Shown: positions 19,001-27,688, counted from the stretch's first letter. The stretch: DNA of 33,775 bases from Minisyncoccia bacterium (GCA_044229265.1 JBGATK010000001.1:1-33775); one strand, 5' to 3'. A program made the numbers and translations. Notes: generated by a model not told the origin, from the sequence alone.

Positions 19001-19415
19001 CCCCACGGTGATTATCGTAATAACATTCCCAAGAAGTATTATATGTATCTTTTACAGGGGTTTCTTCGATAACATGAAGCCCAGGAGAATATCCTGCATA
19101 TACAGTTCTTGATTTAGGTTCAGGATAATTTGGATCAGCATCTACGCCGTCATCATCTAAAGTTTCTCCGAAAACAAATATATTACCAGTTGATCTAACT
19201 TTATAAACTTTAAAATCAAATTCTATATCTCTGTGATTACTAACATCATGCGTAGACGGAGGTACAACATGTTTTATAATAGTAAGTTGTGCTGTGCCAG
19301 TGCTACTGACACTTGCAAAACTCATAATACTTAGCACACCGAGTAATACGACCACAGCACCTGTTCCGACACCTGCTAAAATATTTTTTATATGTAATCT
19401 CATATCTTTGCTCAT
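16056..19415 (-). CDS. large exported protein with conserved leader and 9 tandem CnaB/SpaA-like domains
   Basis: Leader KNILAGVG...SFA; nine ~110-125-aa repeats ending CEFTN, CVFTN, CTFTN, CTFTN, CTLTN, CTFTN, CTFVN, CTITN, CTFTN; Gly-rich tail. Confidence 0.88.
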   Translation of the reverse strand: MSKDMRLHIKNILAGVGTGAVVVLLGVLSIMSFASVSSTGTAQLTIIKHVVPPSTHDVSNHRDIEFDFKVYKVRSTGNIFVFGETLDDDGVDADPNYPEPKSRTVYAGYSPGLHVIEETPVKDTYNTSWECYYDNHRGEGDIHGFGTKTYDILGLGVELKENDPMTCEFTNILATATLNITKNIEPDSSDKVDFDIFTDNDNEHSNGYDYFFLGDNETHSTKMISGIHFNVSEYSGTRVDSPQFYPKYSTNISCTSSIPSKSFTITNKSVFDYTFDAGETLDCVFTNTKNPELVVKKIVDPTPNTNDEHFNFGIGLVNQVRLAEFSLRNGEETNPSYYIKPSAQYNLEELLSNSQSSAYRTSIHCDYYDATGNKYSEDDKEAKKIGISLGASQKAICTFTNHLLDVTVKKVVLDQNGNEIQNDNNIFEFITNLQINPFNLDGNPNQAPDSEKKLYFNTNDGIKITENLTHDQGLQYKTSYECVDHNGTQLKAGEGLKVELTNLNIDNYGITCTFTNKQLPDALVFVHKKFDLIGDDAWDYDDVAHVRVGPSSDLTKGEEKPILHDHNQTWEVRPGDITVNEYLIEQFGNDPLHSYIPSYYCVFLSPSTRQPITANNVAKVNIPDLKSGERVQCTLTNKEVASALKIKKDVVASNGKDLTDDNGVFSFRNHNTSEIFKLDDNANLPDPSEKIFELTPNTNYAFSEISIPSGYTVSFKCVDDKTGNILDQGQGTDDADIKLDDNQTATCTFTNTKAVATLIIAKDVVGKDEDTNVFKILNDTGIGEFYLDDNSDQTYDSTKEITIPAGGTYTFTEDLTPEQASNYKTTWKCTDRNNSSGTGASFIAPTLGTNESMTCTFVNTIISTLITIRKDVKKDDGTDITDDKEVFQIENSTENYNLKPLDDNQNDPTYPNEDTITVNPALLRFSFLEEMTTEQEINYIPSWECKLGNVIVKSAPNSASILNVPINKGDHVICTITNVKKSFNQTVTIIKKTVPASTGVLFSFQFFKGSSLKKIVKLTHLGKEDITVEAGKTYRIKEILNTSYPVSSYSCKYIPTSPLYKPFSADSRETPNFLVPKGYDVECTFTNCTNGLLCPLYGDPNDPGKIVGGGSTLGGGGNQ

Positions 19416-19531
19416 ATTGTTAAAACCCTAAAAATTAGGATATGTTAGTAATAATTAAAAAAGCTAAAATCTGCACATTTATTATATAACGTTTCAAATC
19501 ATATTCATAGTATTTTGTGGAAAACTATATG

Positions 19532-20935
19532 CTACTGTGATTTTTGGCTACGAGTATTTACGCCAGCTGGACCTGTTTTAAGGGTATTTGTATAAACACA
19601 ATAAACTTCTTCGAATTTCCTTCTATCTAGCTTAATAAATGCTTTTGAGTCGTATATATCTGTACCTCCAGAAGGATCAGTACAACTAACTACTGTATTG
19701 TAGTCCAAATATTTACCTTCAAAAATAGTAAAAACCTCATCTTTTTGAATTGGTCTTGTAATTTCTAGGATTTCGGTATTTTTATCTGTTTTTTTACCTC
19801 CATTTATAAGGCTAAATTGCTCTTTATCTAAAAAATCTTTAAAAAAACGGAAAGATTTCATGCTATCGGGTATAGTATCTTTTTCTACGACTATTCTTCC
19901 GCAGAGTTTATATATCTTATTTACTCCACCATAAGTATTTATATACACAATATCGTTATCTATAGCTATAGAATTCGGTGAATCAAAATATGAATTTCCA
20001 TTTATTTCATAAATACTCCACTTTTCTGTAGAAATATCTAATTTTTGCACTCTATCATTACCTGTATCAGCCACATACACATTCCCAGCGTTATCTATAG
20101 CTATGCCTTCTGGACCATCAAAACCACCTAGCCCATCACCAGCATCACCTGTTTGCCAGGAAAAACCATATTCTTTAATTAATTTACCGTCTAAACCAAA
20201 TTTAAAAACTCGATTCGCATAAGCATCTACTGCGTAGATGTATTCCCCCACAGCTAGTGCTTTTGGACCAGCGAACTTGCCTCCATTGTATTCATTTGTT
20301 TGCCACTGTGCCTTTGGCAGTGTGCCTACTGCTCCAAAAGTATAGATAGTGTTATTATTTTCATCATTTATTATATATAAATTGTTATTTTTATCTAAAG
20401 CTAGAGCGTAAGGATGTGGAAATGGTGTAAAAGAGGTTTTTTGACCATTAAATTCTTGGAAAATAGAGATTGGTGGTAGAGTAAGCTTTTCTTCATTACC
20501 AGCAACGCTAAAACGACGAACTTGATTACGCAAATTCCCCTTAAATTCATGTTGATCTACTACATAAGTATTACCCAGTTTATCTACTGCGACAGAAAGA
20601 GGGTTGTCCAAACCTGAAATATCTTTTTCAAAAGTTCCATCGCTATTATAAACTTTGATTTTATCAAAAAGAGAGCTTACAAAATAAACATTGCCTTTAT
20701 CATCGGTAAAAATGCTAGCGTACTGATTTTCAGGAGAATCTGGAACAAAGGTTTTTACACCATAAACATTAGATTCACAAATTATATCAGTATTAGATGT
20801 ATCACCTTTTAAAACTACAGGTGTAATAGATTCATTAGGATCGTAAGCAAAATTCACCAAACCCAAAGAAACTAAAAAGGCCAATACAACCAAACTCCCA
20901 ACTCCGGCTAAAACATTCTTATAATGTATTTGCAT
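19532..20935 (-). CDS. exported NHL-repeat beta-propeller protein with conserved leader and 1 CnaB/SpaA-like domain
   Basis: Classic NHL repeats FDGPEGIAIDNAGNVYVADTGNDRVQKL and LDNPLSVAVDKLGNTYVVD; C-terminal IVVEKDTIP...CVYTN. Confidence 0.88.
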   Translation of the reverse strand: MQIHYKNVLAGVGSLVVLAFLVSLGLVNFAYDPNESITPVVLKGDTSNTDIICESNVYGVKTFVPDSPENQYASIFTDDKGNVYFVSSLFDKIKVYNSDGTFEKDISGLDNPLSVAVDKLGNTYVVDQHEFKGNLRNQVRRFSVAGNEEKLTLPPISIFQEFNGQKTSFTPFPHPYALALDKNNNLYIINDENNNTIYTFGAVGTLPKAQWQTNEYNGGKFAGPKALAVGEYIYAVDAYANRVFKFGLDGKLIKEYGFSWQTGDAGDGLGGFDGPEGIAIDNAGNVYVADTGNDRVQKLDISTEKWSIYEINGNSYFDSPNSIAIDNDIVYINTYGGVNKIYKLCGRIVVEKDTIPDSMKSFRFFKDFLDKEQFSLINGGKKTDKNTEILEITRPIQKDEVFTIFEGKYLDYNTVVSCTDPSGGTDIYDSKAFIKLDRRKFEEVYCVYTNTLKTGPAGVNTRSQKSQ

Positions 20936-20947
20936 ATGTTTATTATA

Positions 20948-22777
20948 TTACTGCTCATTTTTAGAATCTAGTGTTCCATCTGTGGGCTTTTGAAGTCCGG
21001 TAGTTTTAGTATTAGTAAAAGTACAAATAACTATAAGGCCTCTTTGCATATACACTTGCACTTCTGTGTCTGTAGTTTTTAGTGGATTATTTTCATCTAT
21101 AACTTTTTTGCTTACGAAAGGCTTATAAATGGAATGCCCGTCTACTTCGCACTCTATTTTCGTAATATAACCTTCACTCGAGACATCATGCTCGCGAATA
21201 TTATAAGAACCATCTTCTAATACAAATTCTTTTTCATTACCACCAGAAAGAGAGAAAGTTTCCAAAATACCATTTACATAATCAGTAGGATTCACTAAGT
21301 CAAAATCAAATACACGCCCAGTATTTGGCTCTTCTATCTTTTTAATTATTAATTTCCCTTTATTTGCTTCATTTAAAAATGTACACAAAACTTTACCCTG
21401 ATTTTCTTTATTTAATTTTATTTTTACGATATTTTGATTCGTAATAGTTTGCCCTGAAATATCATCGCAGGAAACGCTGGGATTATATTTAGGGTTAAAT
21501 TCTTCACGCACAGTAAAAGTAGTGTTTTCATCAAATGCTTCCCAGATGTCAAAAGTATTTTTAGCTTTATCTTGTAAAGTAAAATTATTTTTATCTAAAA
21601 AATCTTTACTGAACACAAAAGAATCCAAAGCATTATTGCTGACATTTTTTTCAATAGTAATTTCTCCGCATTTAGTTTTGAATTTATATATATTACCTAT
21701 GCTTGCTGCAAAGAAGTTTCCCTCACTGTCGGAATCAAAATCAAAAAAATGATAACCTGGTGCTTGCCATCCTTTGATTAAAACACCATCAGAATTATAA
21801 ATTCTGAAAACATTTTGCCGAGCAAAACCATTTTTATCTAAATCCTTTGGATTTTTTAATAGCACACCCAAATTCCCATCTTTATCGATATTTACACGAG
21901 CAAAAGTTTGCTCTTTTTCTTCTTCTTTAAATTTTTGGACTACTCCATTTATTACTTCCCTTTTTTCTTGACGCTTGTAAAATGGCGAATCTTCAATCTT
22001 GGTATCAATCATTACTAAATTCTGATCATAACGCAAAATCGTGCTTATATATTCATAGCCAACTAGTATGTCATACTTGCCATTCTTCTTATTGTAATCA
22101 AAAATACCCTTTTCTACATTCATGGGCACATATACAGTACCATCTGCCCCTACTGCCATGTCTGGATAAATATCTAGTTTATGAACAAGATTATTTTGCT
22201 TTTTTAATTTTCCATTTAAATCGTATTTTTTTAATCCAGAATTATCAGAACCGAGGACAAATAAAAATTCACCGTAGCCATCAATAGAACGCGCATAGAT
22301 ATTATCCCAAAACGCTGGAGTAAGAGGTGTTCCAGATAAATCATATCTATATACCTTACTGAGCAACCTGTCGCCAGAAATATATGCTATGCCACGAACT
22401 TCATCTATATACATACCAACCAAATCATAAGATTGTTCTTTATAATTCGTACTATCTACTAAAACAGAATAATTCTTACCATCAGCACTATCAAATTTTT
22501 CTACTTGATTGTGTCCTGTAAAAATCGAATATATTTTGTTATTAGAGTCTATAAAAATACTTGTACCATTTTTTATATCGCTACGAGTTGGAGTTATGTA
22601 ATTTGAATACAAATCATAATTATCATATGGACAAATTGTAGCACTAGAAAATAAATCGGCTTCGTTGAGACCACTCAAATCATCACTGGCTTTAGAAAAA
22701 AGCCCCAAGATGAGAACAAAGGATAATACAGCCAAACCTCCAACCCCCGCTAATATATTTTTATAGTTAATATTCAT
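20948..22777 (-). CDS. exported beta-propeller protein with conserved leader and 2 CnaB/SpaA-like domains
   Basis: Degenerate NHL-like blades (DMAVGADGTVYV, DFDSDSEGNFF); ITIEKNV...CTFLN and LIIKKIEEP...CTFTN. Confidence 0.82.
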   Translation of the reverse strand: MNINYKNILAGVGGLAVLSFVLILGLFSKASDDLSGLNEADLFSSATICPYDNYDLYSNYITPTRSDIKNGTSIFIDSNNKIYSIFTGHNQVEKFDSADGKNYSVLVDSTNYKEQSYDLVGMYIDEVRGIAYISGDRLLSKVYRYDLSGTPLTPAFWDNIYARSIDGYGEFLFVLGSDNSGLKKYDLNGKLKKQNNLVHKLDIYPDMAVGADGTVYVPMNVEKGIFDYNKKNGKYDILVGYEYISTILRYDQNLVMIDTKIEDSPFYKRQEKREVINGVVQKFKEEEKEQTFARVNIDKDGNLGVLLKNPKDLDKNGFARQNVFRIYNSDGVLIKGWQAPGYHFFDFDSDSEGNFFAASIGNIYKFKTKCGEITIEKNVSNNALDSFVFSKDFLDKNNFTLQDKAKNTFDIWEAFDENTTFTVREEFNPKYNPSVSCDDISGQTITNQNIVKIKLNKENQGKVLCTFLNEANKGKLIIKKIEEPNTGRVFDFDLVNPTDYVNGILETFSLSGGNEKEFVLEDGSYNIREHDVSSEGYITKIECEVDGHSIYKPFVSKKVIDENNPLKTTDTEVQVYMQRGLIVICTFTNTKTTGLQKPTDGTLDSKNEQ

Positions 22778-22816
22778 GATTAAATTATATCACTTTTTTA
22801 AAAAAAATTACTTAAT

Positions 22817-24277
22817 TTATAATTCATCATTCTGCAGAGAAATAACAGTATTGGTAAATTCACATATTACTTCTTCGTCATTATCCAAACTTATATTAGC
22901 TTGAGCATTACCAGGAAAAAGAGTTGTATTTTGACTTGGGTCTGTGCATTTCAAAGTCCTCTTATATACTGAATTAGATTTTTCAGAAACAATGTATTTA
23001 CCATTTTCAAGCATCTTGAAAGTAATACTATTTGAGAGAGCAGCACCAGAATCAGACAAAGTGAAAGTAGAAGTTTTATTCTTTTTTATATAAAAACTAT
23101 TTGACTTAGACATTTTGTCGAAATTTTTATTGAAAGTAAAAATAGTATCACTGTTTGGCACAGTATCTTTTTTAATAGTTATTTTCCCACAAAGCCATTT
23201 TGGAGAGTATTTTACGATCTTACTTCCACTAGAAAATAAAATATAAATACTACCATCACTATCTATAGTCATATCAGACACGGATCCAGATTTATTTAAA
23301 GGAATATCTAAAATAAATTTTCCATCTGGACCATATTTTTTAATTTTCGTTGCAGGATTACCGCTTGCAAAATAAACATTTCCCGCACTATCCACCTTTA
23401 GATTAGTAGCATTAGGACCTGTTTTATCTATAAATACTTTTGAAGACTTTTTCACACCATTTACAATTTCAAAAAATTTTACTTGACCTAAAGTTTGGTC
23501 CAGCACTAACAAATTACCTTTTGCATCTGTAGCAAAGCCAGAAATACCATTAAAATTCTTTTCTGAGTTATTCCAATTGTCGCTATTGTCTGAAGGCGAA
23601 TCTGGTAAATTATTTACTTGATTCAAAATACTTATACCCTTACTATTGCTCATGTAAAGATTTGAAATAAAGATAGTGTCAAGCGTAGAATTAGGCCCAG
23701 TAGCTATAAGAGCTGGTACTACAATTTTATCTAAATTAACTTTTTCCTCTTTCTTGCTACCATCCACAAAGAATTTCCATGCTGTACCAGAGCGATTTAG
23801 GTCTGATCTATTATTACCAATATTTTCTGATACATACATATTGCCTATCCTGTCAAAGACAATAGAATCTATCAAATTATCAAATACATGATCCTCACCG
23901 GGGAAATTACCATAAATCTCTGCTCCATCTGCATTAAATCTCCTAATTTTTTTATTATTTACATCGCCAACATAGAAGTTTTTAGATAATTTATCATAAG
24001 TAATAGCAGTTATGCTTCCGAAAGCAAAACCATCTTCTTCTACATATTCTGTTTTTGAAATGCATTCATTTATATCTCTACTTACGGCAATTGAATCTAA
24101 ATCAGATTCTGTGCTTACATTAAATTCATTTGAATTTGTGTCTACAAATGTTGAGTCATTAAGAGTATTTTCTAAACCTAAATCATTTGCACTAGAAAAC
24201 ATACCCACGATAACTACTATCATAAGTACGCACATACCCCCAACTCCTGCTAAAATGTTTTTGAAATTAATATTCAT
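22817..24277 (-). CDS. exported NHL/SMP-30-like beta-propeller protein with conserved leader and 1 CnaB/SpaA-like domain
   Basis: Blades FATDAKGNLLVLD, LKVDSAGNVYFA, MTIDSDGSIYIL; ITIKKDTVP...CEFTN. Confidence 0.85.
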   Translation of the reverse strand: MNINFKNILAGVGGMCVLMIVVIVGMFSSANDLGLENTLNDSTFVDTNSNEFNVSTESDLDSIAVSRDINECISKTEYVEEDGFAFGSITAITYDKLSKNFYVGDVNNKKIRRFNADGAEIYGNFPGEDHVFDNLIDSIVFDRIGNMYVSENIGNNRSDLNRSGTAWKFFVDGSKKEEKVNLDKIVVPALIATGPNSTLDTIFISNLYMSNSKGISILNQVNNLPDSPSDNSDNWNNSEKNFNGISGFATDAKGNLLVLDQTLGQVKFFEIVNGVKKSSKVFIDKTGPNATNLKVDSAGNVYFASGNPATKIKKYGPDGKFILDIPLNKSGSVSDMTIDSDGSIYILFSSGSKIVKYSPKWLCGKITIKKDTVPNSDTIFTFNKNFDKMSKSNSFYIKKNKTSTFTLSDSGAALSNSITFKMLENGKYIVSEKSNSVYKRTLKCTDPSQNTTLFPGNAQANISLDNDEEVICEFTNTVISLQNDEL

Positions 24278-24305
24278 GATTAAATTATATTAATATTTTA
24301 GGAAA

Positions 24306-24902
24306 TTATTTTCTTGTATTAGTAAAAGTGCACACGACTTCTTCAGTAGATCCAATTGTAAATACTGGGGTTTTTCTGCCTGTGCCTGTTATATACCTAA
24401 CACGATTAACTTTTTTCACCGTTGAAGTAAATTTACAAACAGAAGAAGTATTGTATACATCTAAACCTTCTGGGTGATTAATCGTAGAAACTTCTTCTAC
24501 ATAATACGGCTCATTTCTAAAAACAACAGTGGAAGCCTTTGAAATTGGAGGAATATTATAATCATTGTCGTAAAGTACCATTATACCAGCTGTAGTATTA
24601 CCTATATCTGTTCGCTTAATATTCATAACATATTGAGGATTAGGTGGTTCTGGATTTGGTCCTGGTTTATTTTTATCAGGATCTACTTCTACTATTGTAT
24701 AAAGATGAACCAACTCAGAGCCTGCTAAAAGTGAATTCGTTTGATCTATATTATTATTGTTAGTAGTGGATAAATTACTGGATGTAGTATTTCTTGGACC
24801 CAAACTACTAGCATCTGAGAACAAACCAACATATAGAGAAGTTAAAATTATAACAGCACTACCCAAACCTACTAGAATATTTTTAAAATTTATTTTGTGC
24901 AT
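24306..24902 (-). CDS. exported protein with conserved leader, Ser/Thr/Asn linker and 1 degenerate CnaB/SpaA-like domain
   Basis: Leader KNILVGLG...SDA; YYVEE..YNTSSVC..VVCTFTN. Confidence 0.82.
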   Translation of the reverse strand: MHKINFKNILVGLGSAVIILTSLYVGLFSDASSLGPRNTTSSNLSTTNNNNIDQTNSLLAGSELVHLYTIVEVDPDKNKPGPNPEPPNPQYVMNIKRTDIGNTTAGIMVLYDNDYNIPPISKASTVVFRNEPYYVEEVSTINHPEGLDVYNTSSVCKFTSTVKKVNRVRYITGTGRKTPVFTIGSTEEVVCTFTNTRK

Positions 24903-24949
24903 TAAGATTATATTATTTTTTAATATTAATATTATACATTAGTAAAATT

Positions 24950-24979
24950 CAAAAAGCACACCTTTCGGTGTGCTTTTTG
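24950..24979 (-). terminator. intrinsic terminator after fusA
   Basis: Minus strand CAAAAAGCACACC-GAAA-GGTGTGCTTTTTG, perfect 13-bp stem. Confidence 0.9.
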
Positions 24980-24991
24980 TTTTTTAAATTT

Positions 24992-27139
24992 TTATTTTCT
25001 AGCAGCGATGATAGTATCAGCGACATTTTGTGGAACAACATCGTAACGCAAGAATTCCATAGTGAAACTCGCACGGCCTTCAGTCATAGAACGCAGGCCA
25101 GTCATGTAACCGAACATTTCAGAGAGTGGAACTATAGCTTTTACTACTTTGTTCATTCCTCTGTCCTCCATACCTTCGATAAGTCCACGTTTTGAAGACA
25201 GGTTTCCTGTAACGTCACCCATGAATTTATCTGGAGTAACAACTTCTACTTTCATCATAGGCTCTAGGATCACAGGCTTTGCAGAGCGACAAGCGTCTTG
25301 GATAGCCATTGACGCTGCAATTTTGAAAGCCATTTCGTTTGAGTCCACTTCGTGATAACTACCGTCCCAAAGGTCAACAGATACATTTACCATCTTAAAT
25401 CCTGCAAGGATACCTCTGTCTAACCCTTCTTTAAATCCTTTTTCACAAGGGGCAATGTACTCTTGAGGAATAGCACCACCTTTAATACTATTTATGAATT
25501 CAAATCCTTCAGAACGCTTGGTATTTTTTGGCAAATCAGCGATTTCTTCTTTTGTCATCATTACCATTGGTTTGATTTTGATTTTTACGTGGCCATAGTT
25601 ACCGCGACCTCCAGATTGCTTGATGTATTTACCTTCAGCATCAGCTGTGCCTATAATGGTTTCTCTGTAAGCTACTTGAGGCTTGCCAACATTGGCTTCC
25701 ACAGTAAATTCTCTTTTCATACGATCCACGATAATCTCAAGGTGAAGTTCACCCATACCTGCGATGATAGTCTCGCCTGTTTCTTGATCTGTAGATACTT
25801 TAAAAGTAGGGTCTTCTTGAGCGAGGCGGTTTAATGCCATACCCATTTTCTCTTGGTCAGCTTTTGTCTTTGGTTCAATACGAAGAGAAATAACTGGCTC
25901 TGGGAAAACAATACGATTTAATTCGATTGGTTTTTCTTCATCACAAAGAGTGTCGGAAGTTATAGTATCTTTGAGGCCAACCGCTGCTGCTATTTCACCA
26001 GCAAAAACTTTCTTTACTTCTTCACGATCATTCGCATGCATACGAAGAATACGGCCTATGCGTTCTTTATTGCGAGTACGAGGATTATAAATATAACTAC
26101 CTGCAGATACAGAACCAGAATAAACTCGGAAGAATATGAGCTGTCCTACGAATGGGTCTGTAGCCACTTTGAAAGCAAGAGCTGAAAATGGTTCAGAGTC
26201 AGAAGCTTTTCTTTCATCTGGAGCATCGTTGTTTGGGTTAATGCCTGGTATTGGAGGAATATCAGTCGGCGCTGGCAAATAATCCACCACAGCATCAAGC
26301 ACTAGTTGCACGCCTTTGTTTTTTAGAGCAGAACCTGCAAAAACTGGGAAAATTTTATTTGCAATTACCGCACTGCGCATAGCTTTTTTAAGAACATCTA
26401 TATTTGGCACAATGCCTTCTAAGTATTCTGTCATCATAGCATCATCAGTTTCCACGATTTTTTCTATGAGTTCTGCATGATAACCTTTTGCTTCCTCGAG
26501 CATATTTTCTGGAATTTCTTTTTCGATAACTTTATTACCCATATCACCTTCGAAGTAATATGCTTTCATTTTTAGAAGGTCGATAACACCTTCATGGTTT
26601 TCTTCAAGTCCTATAGGAATCTGATAACGAACAGCTCTTTTTGAAAGTCTGTCTAAAATAGTAGCGTATGATCGTTCAAATGAGGCGCCTGTACGATCAA
26701 GTTTATTTATAAAACAAATACGAGGAACATTTGCTTCGTCAGCATAACGCCAGTTGGTTTCGGATTGAGGTTCTACGCCGGCTACACCGTCGAATACCAC
26801 TACTGCACCGTCGAGCACGCGAAGAGAACGCTTTACTTCCACTGTAAAGTCTATGTGTCCTGGTGTGTCAATAATATTGAATCTGTGTTTTAGAGCTTTG
26901 TTTGTTAAATCATAAGTCGGAGTCCAAAAACATGTGACAGCCGCAGAAGTGATAGTAATACCGCGTTCGCGTTCTTGCTCCATCCAGTCTGTAGTGGTCT
27001 CACCATCGTGAACTTCACCTATTTTGTGTGATACACCTGTATAAAAAAGCACACGCTCGGTAGTGGTAGTTTTACCAGCATCGATGTGGGCTATGATTCC
27101 GAAATTTCGAACTTTTTGTAGTGGATAATCTCTTTCCAT
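24992..27139 (-). CDS. fusA: elongation factor G
   Basis: [41 protein letters not shown]. Confidence 0.99.
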   Translation of the reverse strand: MERDYPLQKVRNFGIIAHIDAGKTTTTERVLFYTGVSHKIGEVHDGETTTDWMEQERERGITITSAAVTCFWTPTYDLTNKALKHRFNIIDTPGHIDFTVEVKRSLRVLDGAVVVFDGVAGVEPQSETNWRYADEANVPRICFINKLDRTGASFERSYATILDRLSKRAVRYQIPIGLEENHEGVIDLLKMKAYYFEGDMGNKVIEKEIPENMLEEAKGYHAELIEKIVETDDAMMTEYLEGIVPNIDVLKKAMRSAVIANKIFPVFAGSALKNKGVQLVLDAVVDYLPAPTDIPPIPGINPNNDAPDERKASDSEPFSALAFKVATDPFVGQLIFFRVYSGSVSAGSYIYNPRTRNKERIGRILRMHANDREEVKKVFAGEIAAAVGLKDTITSDTLCDEEKPIELNRIVFPEPVISLRIEPKTKADQEKMGMALNRLAQEDPTFKVSTDQETGETIIAGMGELHLEIIVDRMKREFTVEANVGKPQVAYRETIIGTADAEGKYIKQSGGRGNYGHVKIKIKPMVMMTKEEIADLPKNTKRSEGFEFINSIKGGAIPQEYIAPCEKGFKEGLDRGILAGFKMVNVSVDLWDGSYHEVDSNEMAFKIAASMAIQDACRSAKPVILEPMMKVEVVTPDKFMGDVTGNLSSKRGLIEGMEDRGMNKVVKAIVPLSEMFGYMTGLRSMTEGRASFTMEFLRYDVVPQNVADTIIAARK

Positions 27140-27210
27140 AAATATATTCTTGTAATTAATATTAAAAATAGCGCCTCATGCGCTACAAACACTATATAAC
27201 ATATATAAAA

Positions 27211-27244
27211 TAAAAACAACCCTGTCGCTCGCGAGCGACTGGGT
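27211..27244 (-). terminator. terminator-like hairpin after the 91-aa gene
   Basis: Perfect 16-bp palindrome gtcgctcgcgagcgac (27224-27239) inside accc/gggt, followed by TGTTTTTATTTT on the minus strand. Confidence 0.7.
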
Positions 27245-27280
27245 CATATATTGTATTTTACTCTTCCTTCATGAGATAGG

Positions 27281-27556
27281 TTAAACCTCAGCATGGCTTT
27301 TAAAATTTTTTTTAACTAATTTTTTCTGAAAGTGTTTCGCGAATTTTTCTTGCCTTTGTTTGAAAGTTCCAACTAATTTTTGGCAAGTGATTGCATGATC
27401 TTTTGTTAAAAATGATGGTGTACCCCATTTTTTAGTAGTATTGGTTTCTTCTCCATCTGGAGTTAATTCCAGACTAACTTTTTGTATTACTCTTTCTTCT
27501 TTGCAGAATGGGCAATCAACCCACATTACAGACTCTCTTATGCTAGTTCGGCACAT
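27281..27556 (-). CDS. hypothetical protein, possible zinc-binding (CxxC...HxxxC)
   Basis: CPFC and HAITC motifs; own downstream hairpin. Confidence 0.6.
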   Translation of the reverse strand: MCRTSIRESVMWVDCPFCKEERVIQKVSLELTPDGEETNTTKKWGTPSFLTKDHAITCQKLVGTFKQRQEKFAKHFQKKLVKKNFKSHAEV

Positions 27557-27688
27557 AATTTATTTTTTAAAATGAAAAAAATATTTCAAAGGACACACGC
27601 CTTATCTCAAAGCTACATTAACACAAAACAAGTAAAAGTAAAGCCCCGCCGAATTCATAAATTTAAAATAAAATTATATAATTAAATT

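Noticed and set aside
16056-19415. DNA-level tandem repeat or DGR-type variable/template repeat in the large gene
   Set aside because: The repeats are visible only at protein level; I saw no near-identical DNA pair with adenine-specific differences and no reverse transcriptase
14693-24902. Type IV pilin or sortase pilus interpretation of the array
   Set aside because: No G|FxxxE prepilin site in the leaders, no LPxTG + TM + basic tail at the C-termini, and no sortase or prepilin peptidase in the window
14693-24902. Lipoprotein signal in the leader family
   Set aside because: No Cys follows the hydrophobic segment (no lipobox); the one Cys in a leader lies inside the h-region of a single member
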